This document shows positions 39,533-53,474 of a stretch of DNA of 64,000 nucleotides, piece after piece (the stretch's first letter is position 1; every line of letters begins with the position of its first letter). A program made the translations under genes and the position numbers. Source of the stretch: Octopus vulgaris (taxonomy: Eukaryota). The stretch spans positions 14,756,001 through 14,820,000 of the forward strand of contig OX597816.1 in the NCBI GenBank assembly GCA_951406725.2, read 5' to 3'. The notes beneath the pieces are model-generated. The model was not told where the DNA came from. It did no database searches and worked only from the letters and a program-made list of their open reading frames with translations.

Positions 39533-40996
39533 CAGGCTTCTTTCAGTTTCTGTCAACTAGATCCACTCACAAGGCTTTGGTCAGCCTGAGGCTTGAGTAG
39601 AAGACACTTGCCCAAGGTTCCACAGTGGGACTGAACCCAGAACCATGTGGTTGGTAAGCAAGCTATGCATGTAAATAATAATCCATTCAACTGAAGGAAC
39701 AAGACCTTGAAATTATGGGGTTGGGAACTAGTTGATTGCATTGACCCCAATGTTTTATTGGTACTTAATTTATCGACCCCGAAAGGATAAAAGGCAAAGC
39801 CAACCTTAGCGGAATTGAACTCAGGGTGTAGCAGCAGACGAAATACCACTAAGTATTTCGCCTGGCATGCTAACGATTCTGTCAGCTCGCCGCCTTATGT
39901 ATGGAAATAATAAGTTCCAAAACTTAAAGAGAAGCACGACAAAGGAATGAAAGGAAAATTCACACACAAGACACAGTCATGCTCTTTCCTCATCATTATT
40001 ATCCAAAAAAAAAAGTCATTACAATTTCGCTCCTGATTTTTTTTTTGACAATAACTGACAAGGAAAAAGCATGTCTGTGTCTCGTGTGCGAATTTTGCAT
40101 TTGTTCCCTTGTCGTTCTGTTTAATTTTTGAAACTTATTATTTAAGCTAATGTCATGCACTCATCTTACCATCACCATATATCTGTGTTTGTGTGTGTGT
40201 GTAGCCTTGTATGTTTTGACATCATATGATGTTTGCAAAGAAGCACCACTCTCATACAAACAGTGTTATTTAATTCCAGTCTTCCACATAAAATGTGTAT
40301 GGCCATGTGAAAAAATTACTTTATTAGGAAACAGGTAAGGGTTGGCCACAGGAAGAGCGTCCAGTCACAGCAAATTTATATCAACTAATTCCTTCTAACC
40401 TATGTAAGCATGAAAAAGTGGATATTAAAATGATAATGATGAAGAAAATGATAAATTCTAAACAATTCTGTAATAGTTTCATCACCATCATGATCATTGT
40501 TGTTTAACACCTGTTTTCCATGCTGGCATGGGTTGGAAGGCTTGGCAGCAGCTGCCAAGGCCAGGATCCACATCAGGTTCCATAGTCTGTTTTGGCTTGG
40601 TTTCAAGAGCTGGATGCCCTTTCTAATATCAACCACTTTACAGAGTATACTAGGTACTTTTTACATAGCACCGACACCATCACCAGTGATTTTTAAATGG
40701 CACCATCACCAATGCTCTTCCAATGCTTTTTACTTGGCACCATCACCAACGATTTTTATGTGGCACCAGCAACAGTAATTTTTATGTGACATCAATACCA
40801 TATTTTTTACGTGGTTCCATCAGCAGTGCTAAAATGCACCTAACTCTCTAAGTCCTAAGTTCCAATTCTGTTGATGCCAACTTTGTTTTCAACCTTTCAG
40901 GATCAATAAAATAAAGTACCAATCCAGAATAATGGATTGATGGAATTATCAGAGAGTAGTTGTTCTGGGTTAGTGTTTCCTAAGTTTTTGGGTGTT

Positions 40997-41027
<31 letters not shown>

Positions 41028-41618
41028 TATACATTTGCTATTGATGAGCAGACAAATAAAATATGATCTAACTTCCAGATCAGAAATTTTCAGCAAATGC
41101 AAACATACGGACAAATTTCTTTTGACAAACTGGAAAATATCATCCTCTCCAGATTAAGCAGCTGTATGACAAACTTTAGACTCCTTCTGTTAGTTCTATA
41201 CCAACTAGCTTTATGGGCAAAGGGGACACAACTTACATATTCTTTCTTTTATTACTTTCTTTTTTCATTCTTTTCACCCTTCAGCTTATGCAGCCACTTT
41301 CCTCCTGGTTTTTCTCATGATTCCTCTTGTTCTATTGTCCTGATGTGAAGTTTGTATAGGCCGTGGACTCAGAGCCAGTAGATTGCTTGACAACATTAGG
41401 TGTGTTATTAGAACCTACCTAGACATCATCTCCAGTGTATGAAACTATTAGTAGCTCATAACTATTTACATTAAACAACATATATCTCTCAATGGATAGA
41501 GTACTTTTTTTTGTTGACCTTAACTTAATGGAAAAGTAATACACACCCACACACACATATATAGAGAGAGAGAGGGAGAGAGAGAGATAATAGAGAAAGT
41601 GAAAGTAAACCTAATTAC

Positions 41619-41762
41619 CTCAAAGAAATGCTCATCATTCTTGTTAAATGGAGTCCGGTCTGATTTATTGATAAGTTGACTAACACCAATAATCTGCCCT
41701 GTTGCATTTTTTATAGGCATGCATAAAATAGACCGTGTTTTGAAACGAGCATCCTCATCACT
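41619..41762 (-). CDS. PDE11A: PDE11-like exon (GAF-B: SDEDARFKTRSILCMPIKNATGQIIGVSQLINKSDRTPFNKNDEHFFE)
   Basis: TTTTGCAG acceptor, GTAATT donor, 144 nt phase 0-0; contains an intact GAF NK..F..DE motif. Confidence 0.95.
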
Positions 41763-42063
41763 CTGCAAAAAAAAATCAAATCAAAAAAAAAGTTTAAGAA
41801 AAGGTAAAAAGTCAAATTGTTCAAACAAAAGAAACATTACTTTTCTAAATTTATAATTGAAATTTCAACATGCAACATGGAAATTCTACAACTGGCTGTT
41901 AAGATTTTGATGCAAATGATACTAAACATCTGAGATGGAAGGGAGGAATTTTGAAGTCTCAAATTGGCTACACTAATGCAGTGGTTCTCAGTTGGGATCT
42001 ATATGGCCCTTGGGGTTCCATATAAGATTCCGATGTTAAAATTTCTCTGCAATAAATTGACTA

Positions 42064-42471
42064 TACAGTTCTATATTTAAGAGATGAGGAATTATGTACA
42101 TTATTTACATTTGACAGATATTTGTCTTCATCTTGTTTGTTGTTAACACAACGTTTCGGCTGATATACCCTCCAGCCTTCTTCAGGTATCTTGGGGAAAT
42201 TTCGAACCTGGGTTCTCATTCCTAAGGTAATTTTCAATGTTATTATTATTATTATTATTATTCCTTCTTTCTTCACATTTTCTTCCGTTTCTCACCGAGT
42301 GTTTTCCGTACACCTAGGGCAGAGAAGCTCATTGTATGCATTCCCAGATTACACACTCAAATTCACAGGTAAAATATGTATTTAAAAAAATTAATGAATA
42401 AATAAATTCATGAATGGATGTTGTTTTCACAACGATAATGCTCTTCCCAGTACATGAGCCGTTCCATGAGC

Positions 42472-42512
<41 letters not shown>

Positions 42513-42600
42513 TCACTGCCAGGAATTGAACTCGGAATCTTGGGGTTAGTAGCCTGTACTCTTAACCACTATGCCATATTCATCAAATGTAAATAATGTA
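42064..42600 (-). mobile_element. tRNA-headed SINE with (AAT)n and an HHR-bearing 3' part (most complete copy)
   Basis: Head at about 42508-42579 with A box (TGGCATAGTGG) and B box (GAGTTCAATTCC); HHR at 42145-42190; an 18-nt inverted copy of its own 3' region sits at 42583-42600. Confidence 0.75.
42145..42190 (-). ncRNA. Minimal type I hammerhead ribozyme within SINE
   Basis: gatac-CTGAAGA-a-ggctg-gagggtatat-cagcc-GAAA-cg-TT^gtgtt; stem III reduced to the palindrome AACGTT (dimer-type). Confidence 0.72.
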
Positions 42601-44264
42601 AATTGGTTATACATCTAAAATACACAAAATATTTTAACGATTATTTTTATACAATTCCTAATAATATTTAATTATAAAAATAGGATTTTTTACAAACAGA
42701 ATGGCCATGAGGGTCCATCCGATCAAAATAGGAATCAAAGGGGTCCATAGGTAAAAAAAAGATGATATTGGTTTTAGGGACCAATATACTTTAGATAGGT
42801 ACAAGACCCGAAATTTTGTGGAAGGGGACTAGTCATTGACTTTGCCCCGATCGTGTTCATCGTGTATTTGCTTCATTGACCCAGAAAGGATGAAAGACAA
42901 AGAAGACTTCAGTGGAATTTCAACTCAGAATGTAAAGATGGATGAAATGGTGCTAACCATTTTGTCCATTGAGCGTGGCCGTTGCCAGTATCACCTGACT
43001 GGCCCTCGTGCCGGTGGCACATAAAAGCACCCGCTACACTCTCTGAGTGGTTGGCATTAGGAAGGGCATTAAGCTGTAGAAACTGTCAAATCAGATTGGA
43101 GCTTGGTGCAGCCATCTGGTTCACCAGTCCTCAGTAAAATCGTCCAACCCATGCTAGCATGGAAAACGGATGTTAAACGATGATGATGATGATCAACTTA
43201 TCCCTTTTGATAGCATATTTCTATTGAAATATTTTGTAATTGCTTCAATTAATTTTTTGACAATAATGAAGAATTTAGTTAAATGACTCTTATTATTAGG
43301 CTGGTGGCCGGAACATAAATTAAAAGGAAATTTTGGTGGAAAGTTTTAATCTAGATCCCTTTAACACCAGAAACTTCTCCCATAGAACTGGAAGTGGTCT
43401 CAGATGGGTTGAAATCAGTCAAATCATCCAACCCATGCCAGCATGGAAAGCAGATGTTAAACGACGATGATGATGATGATGATGCTAACAATCTTGCCAG
43501 CTTGCTGCCTTGCTTTAAAGACTAATATAACAGAAGCTACAAAAAATAGTGTCACACTGCCCGCATGATTCAAATATTGTGTCTGCCGTAAACTGTAGAG
43601 CTGCGTTGAGTACTACACCAAAAGTGACATCACAATTAGAAGACCTAAACCATAACAGCAGCTTTTTATTGGGAATTGCAATCCGCACAGTATCAAAATG
43701 AATTTGTTCAATCATTTATTTTGTTTAACATCTATTTTTTCCCACGCTGGAATGGTTTTGACAGGAGCAAATTTTAAGGCAGAATTTTTACAGCATGATG
43801 CATTTCTCATCATTAAATCTTATCAGTTTCTCAAGTAAAGGATTTTTTATTCCGGAGGAAATCAAAAGCACTGAGATAGCAAATGATTTTGCTGACAGGA
43901 AATGTGAATGAACTTCACCAGTTGCATGCAAAACACGTGTGAGGACATCACCATCTGTAGATGAGCTGAAAATAGTGATACTACAGATTTTACCTGTACC
44001 TCAACATAGTTCTGTAAGTGTTCACACAAATATACACACATGCCCATACACATACGACAAGGCTTCTTTCGGTTTCCCTCTACTGAATTCCAAATTTGCA
44101 CACAGGCGCAGGAGTGGCTGTGTGGTGAGTAGCTTGCTAACCAGCCACATGGTTCCGGGTTCAGTCCCACTGCGTGGCATCTTGGGCAAGTGTCTTCTGC
44201 TATAGCCTCGGGCCGACCAATGCCTTGTGAGTGGATTTGGTAGACAGAAACTGAAAGAAGCCTG

Positions 44265-44308
<44 letters not shown>

Positions 44309-45860
44309 GAGTGTGTTTGTGTGTCTGTGTTTGTACCCCTAGCATTGCTTGACAACCGATGCTGGTGTGTTTACGTCCCCGCAAAAGGAGACCGATAGAA
44401 TAAGTACTGGGCTTACAAAAAGAATAAGTCCCAGGGTCGAGTTGCTCGACTAAAAGCGGTGCTCCAGCATGGCCACAGTCAAATGACTGAAACAAGTAAA
44501 AGAGTAAAAGAGTAAGGCAATTGTCTACTCATGGCTATAGTAAAAATAATTGCTCAAGGTACCACACAGTGAAACTGAACCTCAATCCAGGTGATTGACA
44601 AATGAACTTCTTCACCATACAGCTATGTTTGTGCTTATGATCATCAACATAATCACCATCATCATTTAACCCTTTGGGGATGGAGCCTCATTTGGTAGTT
44701 TAGTGCCAAGAAGACGGAGCCCCTTTTCACAAGCCTTGTAGAGGGTATGCACTTATTTTTAGAGAAAACTACAAAAAATAAAGTAATTAGGCGTAGGATT
44801 GGCTGTGTGGTAAGTAGCTTGCTTATGAACCACATGGTTCCGGGTTCAGCCTCACTGCGTGGCACCTTGGGCGAGTGTCTTCTACTATAGTCTCAGGATG
44901 ACCAAAGCCTTGTGAGTGGATTTGGTAGATGAAAATTAAAAGAAGCCTGTGATATATATGTGTGTGTGTGTGTGTATATGTTTTTGTGTCGGTGTTTGTC
45001 CCCCCAACATCACTTGACAAGTGATACTGGTGTGTTTACATCCCCATAGCTTAGCAGTTCGGCAAAAGAGACCGATAGAATAAGTACTAGGCTTACAAAG
45101 AATAAGTCCTGGGATCGATTTGCTCGACTAAAGGCAGTGCTCCAGCATGGCCACAGTCAAAATGACTGAAACAAGTAAAAGAGTAAAAGTGTAATTACTT
45201 TACATATATAAGCTATATAGATTCTTGTAGGAAATTGAATGAACTAATACAATCTTCTTTATTATTTGTCTTTTTCAGCTGACAAATCAGCCTTGTTGTC
45301 CCCTAAGGATTAATGTCCATTCTCTATGCTGGCATATGACATATATATATATATATATATATATGAAGATAGGAAAAATTGTAAGATCACTTGTGGGATT
45401 TGAATGTCATATCTGCTGTACTTTCGTTCTGAATATCTTGACATTTATATCATACTTTTGATGCAAAAGTCTGTTATTTATCATGACAAACACTGCACTG
45501 ATGCAGTAGAATAGCCTGTCCTGATATTTGTCAAAGGTTTGGCTATAGAGACAAGCATGGCTGCGTGATAATAACCACATGTTTCCAGGTTCAGTCGCAC
45601 TGTATGGCACCTTGGGTTGAACAAAGCTTTGTGAATGGATTTGATAAATAGAAACAGAAAGAAGCTTATCGTATATATCCATATCTAAAATATTAGTACT
45701 GGGGTTGATCCATTTGGTTGAAATTCTTCAAGATAGTGCCCCAACGTGACTGCAGTCTAATCACTAGAACAGGTGAAAGGTAAAACATAAAATATATATT
45801 TTCTTTCTTTTATCCATAATAAAGTTTGCATGCGTGTGTGTGCATGTGTGTGCATGCATG

Positions 45861-46322
<462 letters not shown>

Positions 46323-47118
46323 AGTTTCTTTATTGGCCACACAGGGCTGCACACAGATGGGACAAGTTACAAGGTAGAGCTTTTCTTTTGGGGGATGAAG
46401 AGAACAAAAAACAAAAGAAAAAAAAAGGGGGTGGCGTAGGTTTTCAATCAAGAGGGATCGTAAAAGGGAAGAAAAGAACAAAAAAAATTGAATAAAATAA
46501 AAAGAAGAAAAAGAAGAAAAAAAAGGAAAAGGAACAAAAGGAAAGAGAAATGAAAAAAGAAGAAAAAGGGGGAAAAAAAGGGAAGAGGAAAAAAAAAGAA
46601 CGATCAATAGGGATCGTGTATCACAGTGTTATGATATATGGTGTAAAGGGGAAAGCAAGTAAGGTTTATCCGTGGGAAGAAAAGCCTACGAAAAAGACCA
46701 TGGTAACCTTGGTCAATATTGTTATATGTTACCACATTTGTTTGCAAGTGGGTAACCCTCTGATTTCAATTTCTGGGTTCATAGGATTATGCTCAAGGTG
46801 GCTTCGTCATTCATACGTGCCATCCTTGCTACATTCACCCATCTTTTTTAAAACATTCGCTAGACAAAACTTGCCTCTCTACTCTCACTTTCCTTTTCAA
46901 GTGGTACTTGAAGAAGTTGATGAGAGATTAACCAGAGAGGAAAGTGTTTGTCTCCAATCCTTTCAGATGCGTCCACCAGATACATTCTTTCGCCATAGCC
47001 ACAAGGATAATGAAAATAGCTCTTCCTTCCCATTTGAAGGAAGGAGGCGTGACAATATTGACGATAGACTCAGCTGATAAACCAACTCGTCCCACACGTG
47101 ACAGCAGTTGTTCAGACA
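46323..47118 (-). mobile_element. L1/Tx1-like LINE 3' fragment adjoining (GATA)n
   Basis: Minus frame ...IILVAMAKECIWWTHLK...FKKRW (one stop), a T-rich 3'UTR and AATAAA; the clade call rests on the AKxxIW / FxxxW motifs only. Confidence 0.6.
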
Positions 47119-47245
47119 GATATAGATATAAATATATACAAGTAAGTATTTATGTAATAAATCATCATCATTTAATGCCTGTCCAACCCATGCCAGCATG
47201 GAAGGTAGACATTAAATGATGATTTATGGAATTATAAACACTTAC

Positions 47246-47293
47246 AGATGGGTCAAACCTGCAATCTGCATAGGCATTTGGAATGTTGAGAAT
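47246..47293 (-). CDS. PDE11A: PDE11-like exon (GAF-B: ILNIPNAYADCRFDPS)
   Basis: Poly-T + CAG acceptor, GTAAGT donor, 48 nt phase 0-0; matches the GAF 'LNIxDAYxDxRF' motif. Confidence 0.93.
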
Positions 47294-47775
47294 CTGCAAA
47301 AAAAAAAAAAAAAAAAAAAAAAAGAATTTAATTATAAAACTGAAATAGAATCTCACACAAATTTAACATATGCAGAAAGACCATACTGAAAAAGGATTTT
47401 TTTTAATATACCACTCGTCTAAAATGGAGAATAGAGCATATATATTCATGATGAAAATCAAACTCAATTTTTATTTTTCACTGTTTTTACATAACCAGAC
47501 GCATACAAATACATACATATGCACAGAACGTAAGCACACACATAAACAAACCTCAATCTCACACATGTAATTCATCTGCCTTCTGTGCATTTTATAACTG
47601 CCATATAAATAGATACTTCATGAAACGGTGAGCAGTAAACAATAAAAAAAATATAACATATTTAGTTTGTCAGTGAAAGTATTAATATCCACAATGAAAT
47701 TTTCAGCAAATCACTCAAACATTGCTTAACATTGACTAATCGATCTCCTTCCATTATTATTATTATTATTATTAT

Positions 47776-48012
47776 TTTATGCTTGACTTTAGCTTTACAT
47801 CTGTACATGTTGGCTCCAAGTCTCAGCGCATGACCTTGCAGGTGGGGCCCAGTTAGAATTTTCTTCAGGTTGAGTAGCCCATCCTACTCAAAAGGTCCCT
47901 GAATAAGGATTGTTTAAGGATGTTGAATGAACCACCCATGTTTCCAAAGGTGAATTATCCAACACACGACTATGATGCTCCCTCACTACTTCTGGTACTT
48001 CATTAGGGCAGT
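47776..48012 (-). mobile_element. Internally deleted non-autonomous Dong-like derivative
   Basis: Mosaic of the 5' terminus, middle and 3' terminus of the 30.5-31.4 kb element; flanked by (AAT)n. Confidence 0.65.
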
Positions 48013-48091
48013 TATTATTATTATTATCATTATTATTATTATTATAATTATTACTATTATTATTATAATTATTATTATTATTATTATTATT

Positions 48092-48500
48092 ATTCTATGT
48101 TTGACTTTTGCTTTATATTTGTACAAGTTGGCTCCAAGTCTCACCCAGAGACCTCAAGAGACAACAAGTTGGAAGTTCATGTTGGTTTTATGCCTAGGGT
48201 GCCATATATTTGGTTTTGTACATAGTGTTGTTCTAGAGAATGTTTAAGAAACCATAAGAAAATTATGTTTGTTTTAAAACTTGAGATTACATAGAAAGAA
48301 TTTTGTGTAGGATAAGAGCAGTTCCCATGAGCACTATCTTTTGAATTTCTGCCATTTTGGGGTTTCCTGGTATCTGAGTTAGGTAGCAATCAGTCCCTTT
48401 TGCTATCATTCCCAGGGCACCTATGATAACAGGTATTGTTTTAGTCTTCAGGTTGCACATTTTGCTAATTTCTATTTCAAGATCTTTATATTTGCTCAGC
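48092..48500 (-). mobile_element. R4/Dong-like LINE 3' fragment (restriction-like endonuclease end) in (TAA)n
   Basis: KLSKYKDLEIEISKM...IPVIIGALG...IQKIVLMGTA; flanked by (AAT)n on both sides. Confidence 0.8.
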
Positions 48501-48552
<52 letters not shown>

Positions 48553-48763
48553 GGCAGCGAACTGGAGGAATTGTTAGCATGCTGGGCAGAATGTTTAGCA
48601 GGATTTTATCTGTCTTCACATTCTGAGTTCAAATTCAGCTGAGGTCAACTTTGCTTTTCATCCTTACAGAGTCGATAAAATAAATACCAGTTACACACTG
48701 CGGTCAATGTAATTGACTAGTTCCTTCCTACAAAATTTCAGGTCTTGTACTTGAGTAGAAAGG

Positions 48764-48801
<38 letters not shown>

Positions 48802-49542
48802 ACAGAGTCATTAAAGCATCAGAACAAAAAAATGTCTGGTGGTCTTTCTTCCAGTCCTTTAAATTTTGGTTTCAAATCCCACTGAAGTCAAATTACATCT
48901 TTTAGGGGTCAGTAAAAATAAAGTAGCAGTTGACTAAATCCCAACCCCTTAAAATTGCTAGCCTTGTACCTAAATCATAATAATAATAATAATAATCATA
49001 ATAATCCTTTCTCCTAAAGGCGTAAGGCCTGAAATTTGGGGTGAGAGAATAAGTTGATTACAATGACCCCAGTGTTTCATTGGTACTTAATTTGTCAACC
49101 CTGAAAGGCAAAAACTTCCCATTCTGATAAAAGGCCAGCAAGTTCAGGGAAGGGATAAGTTGACCTCAGCAGAATTTGCATAATAATAACAACAATAATT
49201 ATAAGTCACAGAGCAAATAAAGAATCAGTGGGAAAGGAGACAAAAGTATCAGCCATCTTGAATGAATGCAGTAAACTAGAACAAAAAGAGTATAAACACA
49301 AACATGTATAAATCACAAGTCAGAGGCTGTGATAGAAAATAATAATTGCAGGTTTTATGGGACTTCCCCAAAACTGGTTCTTAGTTCATCGACACCCTCA
49401 AAAGAATGAAAAGCAAAGTTGACCTCGGTAGAACTTGAACACAGGACATGAATTCAGACAAAATGCCACTAAGCATATCGCCTAGCGTGCTAACAATTCT
49501 GCCAGCTCGCCACCTTAAATAATGATAATAATAATAATAATA

Positions 49543-49830
49543 AGCAAAGTACCAGGACCTAGCTATTGAATTACAGAGACTATGGAAAGTGTAGGTAAAA
49601 TAAAATATATCCCAGTGGTTATACGTGCATTAGGAACTATCCCTAAAGATCTGAACAGATGGATAGAGGAAATAGACATAAAATCAGGTTTACTACAGCT
49701 GCAGAGAACAGTGTTATTAGGGACAGCTAGGATACTTAGGAGGGTTCTTGGCATCTGAGGTTACTTGCTGTAACCCGATAGGTGGGTTCTTGGCATCTAA
49801 GGCAACTTGTAGTCTGATGTTAGGATTCTT
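49543..49830 (+). mobile_element. Second R4/Dong-like LINE 3' fragment
   Basis: KYQDLAIELQRLWKV...IPVVIRALGTIPKDL...LQRTVLLGTARILRRVLGI*, following an (AAT)n tract. Confidence 0.75.
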
Positions 49831-50703
49831 TTCTTTTCCAACAGACTAATCTGTTGAGTGTATATGAATAATAATAATAATAATAATGATTTCTTTCTAC
49901 TAGAAACACGAAGCTTGAAAATTCTATGGGGGGGGCCAGGTGGTCGATTACACTGACCCAAATGTTCAATTGGTCCTTATTTTCTTGACTCCGAAAAGCA
50001 TCAGTGGAATTAGAACTCATAACATAATTAAAACGAGAGTAGGTTTCCAGAGAAATATGGTAAGCAGAAAGTTAGAGGAAGATTCTGACAAGCTGAAGTT
50101 GATTGTGAGTAATGCATTCAATCAAAATTCTTACAGCCAAGTCATCCAAACTTCTTAGAAATGTACAAAAATAAAAGAAAAAAATGATAAAGAAAGAAAA
50201 AATACAAATATGGAAGCACAAAAAGTCGGATATTTATTTATATATCTTTCAGTTTTCATTTTCTGAGAAAACATGCTTTACAAAATACTGCACTAATTTA
50301 CATAATTACTCTAAATTAATTATTTTTCTACTTGGCATTTTTTATTTATTTTATTTTTTTCCCTCCACATAATTGCTATTAGCGCTTTCGGGTGATACGA
50401 TATTCTTCATTTTTCCAAGAATATATAGATAGTATCAGAAACATGACCTCCTTGAAAGGAGGTGCCCGGAGAGAAAATTTCAGTTACCTGAGGGGCAATA
50501 TTTTAGCCTATTAGGAGGGAGGGAGGGAAGAAAAGAAGGAAGCGAGAAGAAGAAAAAGCCAGGAAAGAGAGGAATGAAGAAAGGAAGAAAGAAAGAAGAA
50601 AACAAACACACATACACACATGCACACATAAGCATACACAAATACACACATACATGCACAAATGCTTACACAAATACACATATACACACTCACATACATG
50701 GTT

Positions 50704-50734
<31 letters not shown>

Positions 50735-50892
50735 GAGTCAGTTTTCTCTATTAAGGTATTGAAATATCAGTGTATATTATGGCCTTCAGGCAGAAACACA
50801 TATTTTACTTGAAACACCACAACCAATATTGGAACCAATCAAACCAATAACATAACAATATATGTGTGTGTGTGTGTGTGTGTGTCTGTGTG

Positions 50893-51190
50893 AGAAGAAA
50901 TGAGGTACTCAGAAATTTGGATGGTTTTATATTTACAGATATTTATTTGTATATTACATGTTTTTATACATCATATATCATATATTAGTGCTTTCGTCCA
51001 TTCTGGTAGAGTTTTCAATTAGTAAACTCCACCAGAATGGACAAAAGCACTAATATATGATATAAGTTATATGATGTATAAAAACATGTAATATACAAAT
51101 AAATATCTGTAAATATAAAACCATCCGAATTTCTGAGTACCTCATTTCTTCTAATATAAAATACCAGTACATCATCTCTAAACCTTCTAA
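50893..51190. repeat. Fold-back element (about 125-bp inverted arms + 3' extension) between (TG)n and (TA)n
   Basis: agaagaaatgaggtactcagaaatt... / ...aatttctgagtacctcatttcttct, 9-nt loop. Confidence 0.85.
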
Positions 51191-52917
51191 TATATATATA
51201 TTTATATATATATATGCATTATATACACTATATATATTCCTAATAAGAGGACACAAAACTGCAGTATGTCATCTAATTTAATGATTCTGTAACAATAGAA
51301 AATAGCTGCTCCTTCACATGCTGGTTTGGTGTTCTATCCTTGAGCTTGTTGCTTAACCCTTTTGTTATCATGTTTCTACTGAAATATGATAACAAAAGGG
51401 ACAGGTGTGACACAAAACTTGCTTCCCAACTATGTGGTTCCAGGTTCAATCACGTAGTGTGACACCTTGGGCAAGTGTCTTCTGCTATAGCCTTGGGCCA
51501 ACCAAAGGCTTGTCAGTGGATTTGGTAGACGGAAACTGAAAGAAGCTTGTTGTGTATATATGTGAAAGAGAGAGAGAGAGAGAGAGAGAAATAGTGTGTG
51601 TCTGTGTGTCACCAGTGCTTGACAACTGGTATTTGTGTGTTTACATCCCAATAACTTAACAGTTCAACAAAAGAGACCTCAAGTACCAAGATTTTCTAAA
51701 AAAAGTACTGAGGTCAATTCATTTGACTAAAATTTCAAGGTGATGCCCTAGTATGGCCGCAGTCCAATGACTGAAACCAGTAAAAGATAAAAAAAGAAAA
51801 GGAAGATGAAATATAAAAGGAGTCTCAACATAGGTACATAAGCTTGTTCCAGAGCCCTGTTCATAAACCCTACCATACTGCATTTCCAGCATAGAGAGAA
51901 GAGCCTAAAAGTAACCTCTGCCGGATTCCCATTAAAACAGAAATGAACAACACACATAAAAAAAGATAAAATTCTAAAAACAGACAACCATAAACAACCA
52001 ATCACATTGCATCTTTGTAGTCATGTGTTTATGACTCACCATAGCTGTTGTTTACTCTTTTACTTGTTTCAGTCATTTGACTACGGCCATGCTGGAGCAC
52101 CGCCTTTAATCGAGCAACTCGACCCTGGGATTTACTCTTTTGTAAGCCCAGTACTTATTCTATCGGTCTCTTTTGCCGAACCGCTAAGTAACGGGGACAT
52201 AAACACACCAGCATCGGTTGTCAAGCAATGCTAGGGGGACAAACACAGACACACAAACATACATGCACATACATATATATATATATATCATCATCATCAT
52301 CATCATATATATATATACATATATACGACAGGCTTCTTTCAGTTTCCGTCTACCAAATCTACTCACAAGGCATTGGTTGGCCCGAGGCTATAGTAGAAGA
52401 CACTTTGCCCAAGGTGCCACGCAGTGGGACTGAACCCGGAACCATGTGGTTGGTAAACAAGCTACTTACCACACAGCCACTCCTGCGCCTAATGTTTACT
52501 AATTTTTAATCATTAAAAAAGAAAAGATTTTTGTAATGAAATGAGGGTGTGATGAATCCAGCGCTTAGCCAGGTAAACAAGCAAGGCCTAGACTTTTTAC
52601 AGTTGTGGAAATTATTGAAAATATTTAATCTCCAGATGTATAGGCTCCCAGTTTATCCTCATGTATAGTCTGCTTGCATTTTATTGATCAAAGTTCAGCT
52701 CAAATAAAATGGAGTTTAATCTCTCTCTCTCTTTTTTTTTTCTTTTTCAGAAAATCGTTTGTTATTTAATTTCATTATTTAGAGAACCATACTTCACATT
52801 GTTGTGCAGCTACTGTTTATACCTTGTTCAGAGATTTATTATTGCTCGTTTACACTTTTTCATCACTGGAAAAAAGATATATGTATTTGCATTGGGACCA
52901 CTTCGCATCGAAGACCA

Positions 52918-52976
52918 GTGATTGTCGTGCACTGACGACGGGTAAATACCCAGAAACCTGGGTCCGTGCGTATCAC
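52918..52976 (+). ncRNA. Type I hammerhead ribozyme (array unit 1)
   Basis: gtgat..cgtgca-CTGACGA-c-gggt-aaat-accc-a-GAAA-cctggg-TC^cgtgcg.atcac; predicted GUC cleavage after 52964; the stem I pair next to the core is mismatched (A.C). Confidence 0.8.
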
Positions 52977-53166
52977 TTCAGGTCAACAATGGAAAGGATG
53001 GCTTCCCTTTTGCAAATACTGATAGGGCACAGAAAGTGTGTCAATAGCCAGCTGGAGAAGATCTTCTCCTGGGGCCACAAGCTACACTTTTTCGAGATCA
53101 GTAACTTTCCGTCACTGGAAAAAGGAAATATGTATTTGCATAGGGACCACTTCGCATCGAAGACCA

Positions 53167-53225
53167 GTGATTGTCGTGCACTGACGACGGGTAAATACCC
53201 AGAAACCTGGGTCCGTGCGTATCAC
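53167..53225 (+). ncRNA. Type I hammerhead ribozyme (array unit 2)
   Basis: Same motif as unit 1; predicted cleavage after 53213. Confidence 0.8.
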
Positions 53226-53415
53226 TTCAGGTCAACAATGGAAAGGATGGCTTCTCTTTTGCAAATACTGATAGGGCACAGAAAGTGTGCCAATAGCCAG
53301 CTGGAGAAGATGTTCTCCCGGGGCTACAAGCTACACTTTTTCGAGATCAGTAACTTTCCGTCACTGGAAAAAGGAAATATGTATTTGCATAGGGACCACT
53401 TCGCATCGAAGGCTG

Positions 53416-53474
53416 GTGATTATCATGCGCTGACGAGGGGTAAATACTCAGAAACCCGGGTCCGTGAGTATCAC
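53416..53474 (+). ncRNA. Type I hammerhead ribozyme (array unit 3)
   Basis: gtgat..atgcg-CTGACGA-ggggtaaatactca-GAAA-cccggg-TC^cgtgagtatcac; palindromic stem III ACCCGGGT; predicted cleavage after 53462. Confidence 0.82.

Noticed and set aside
50985-51055. GGACGAAAGC half-motif at the centre of a fold-back
   Set aside because: 5' catalytic core absent; cannot be called a ribozyme.
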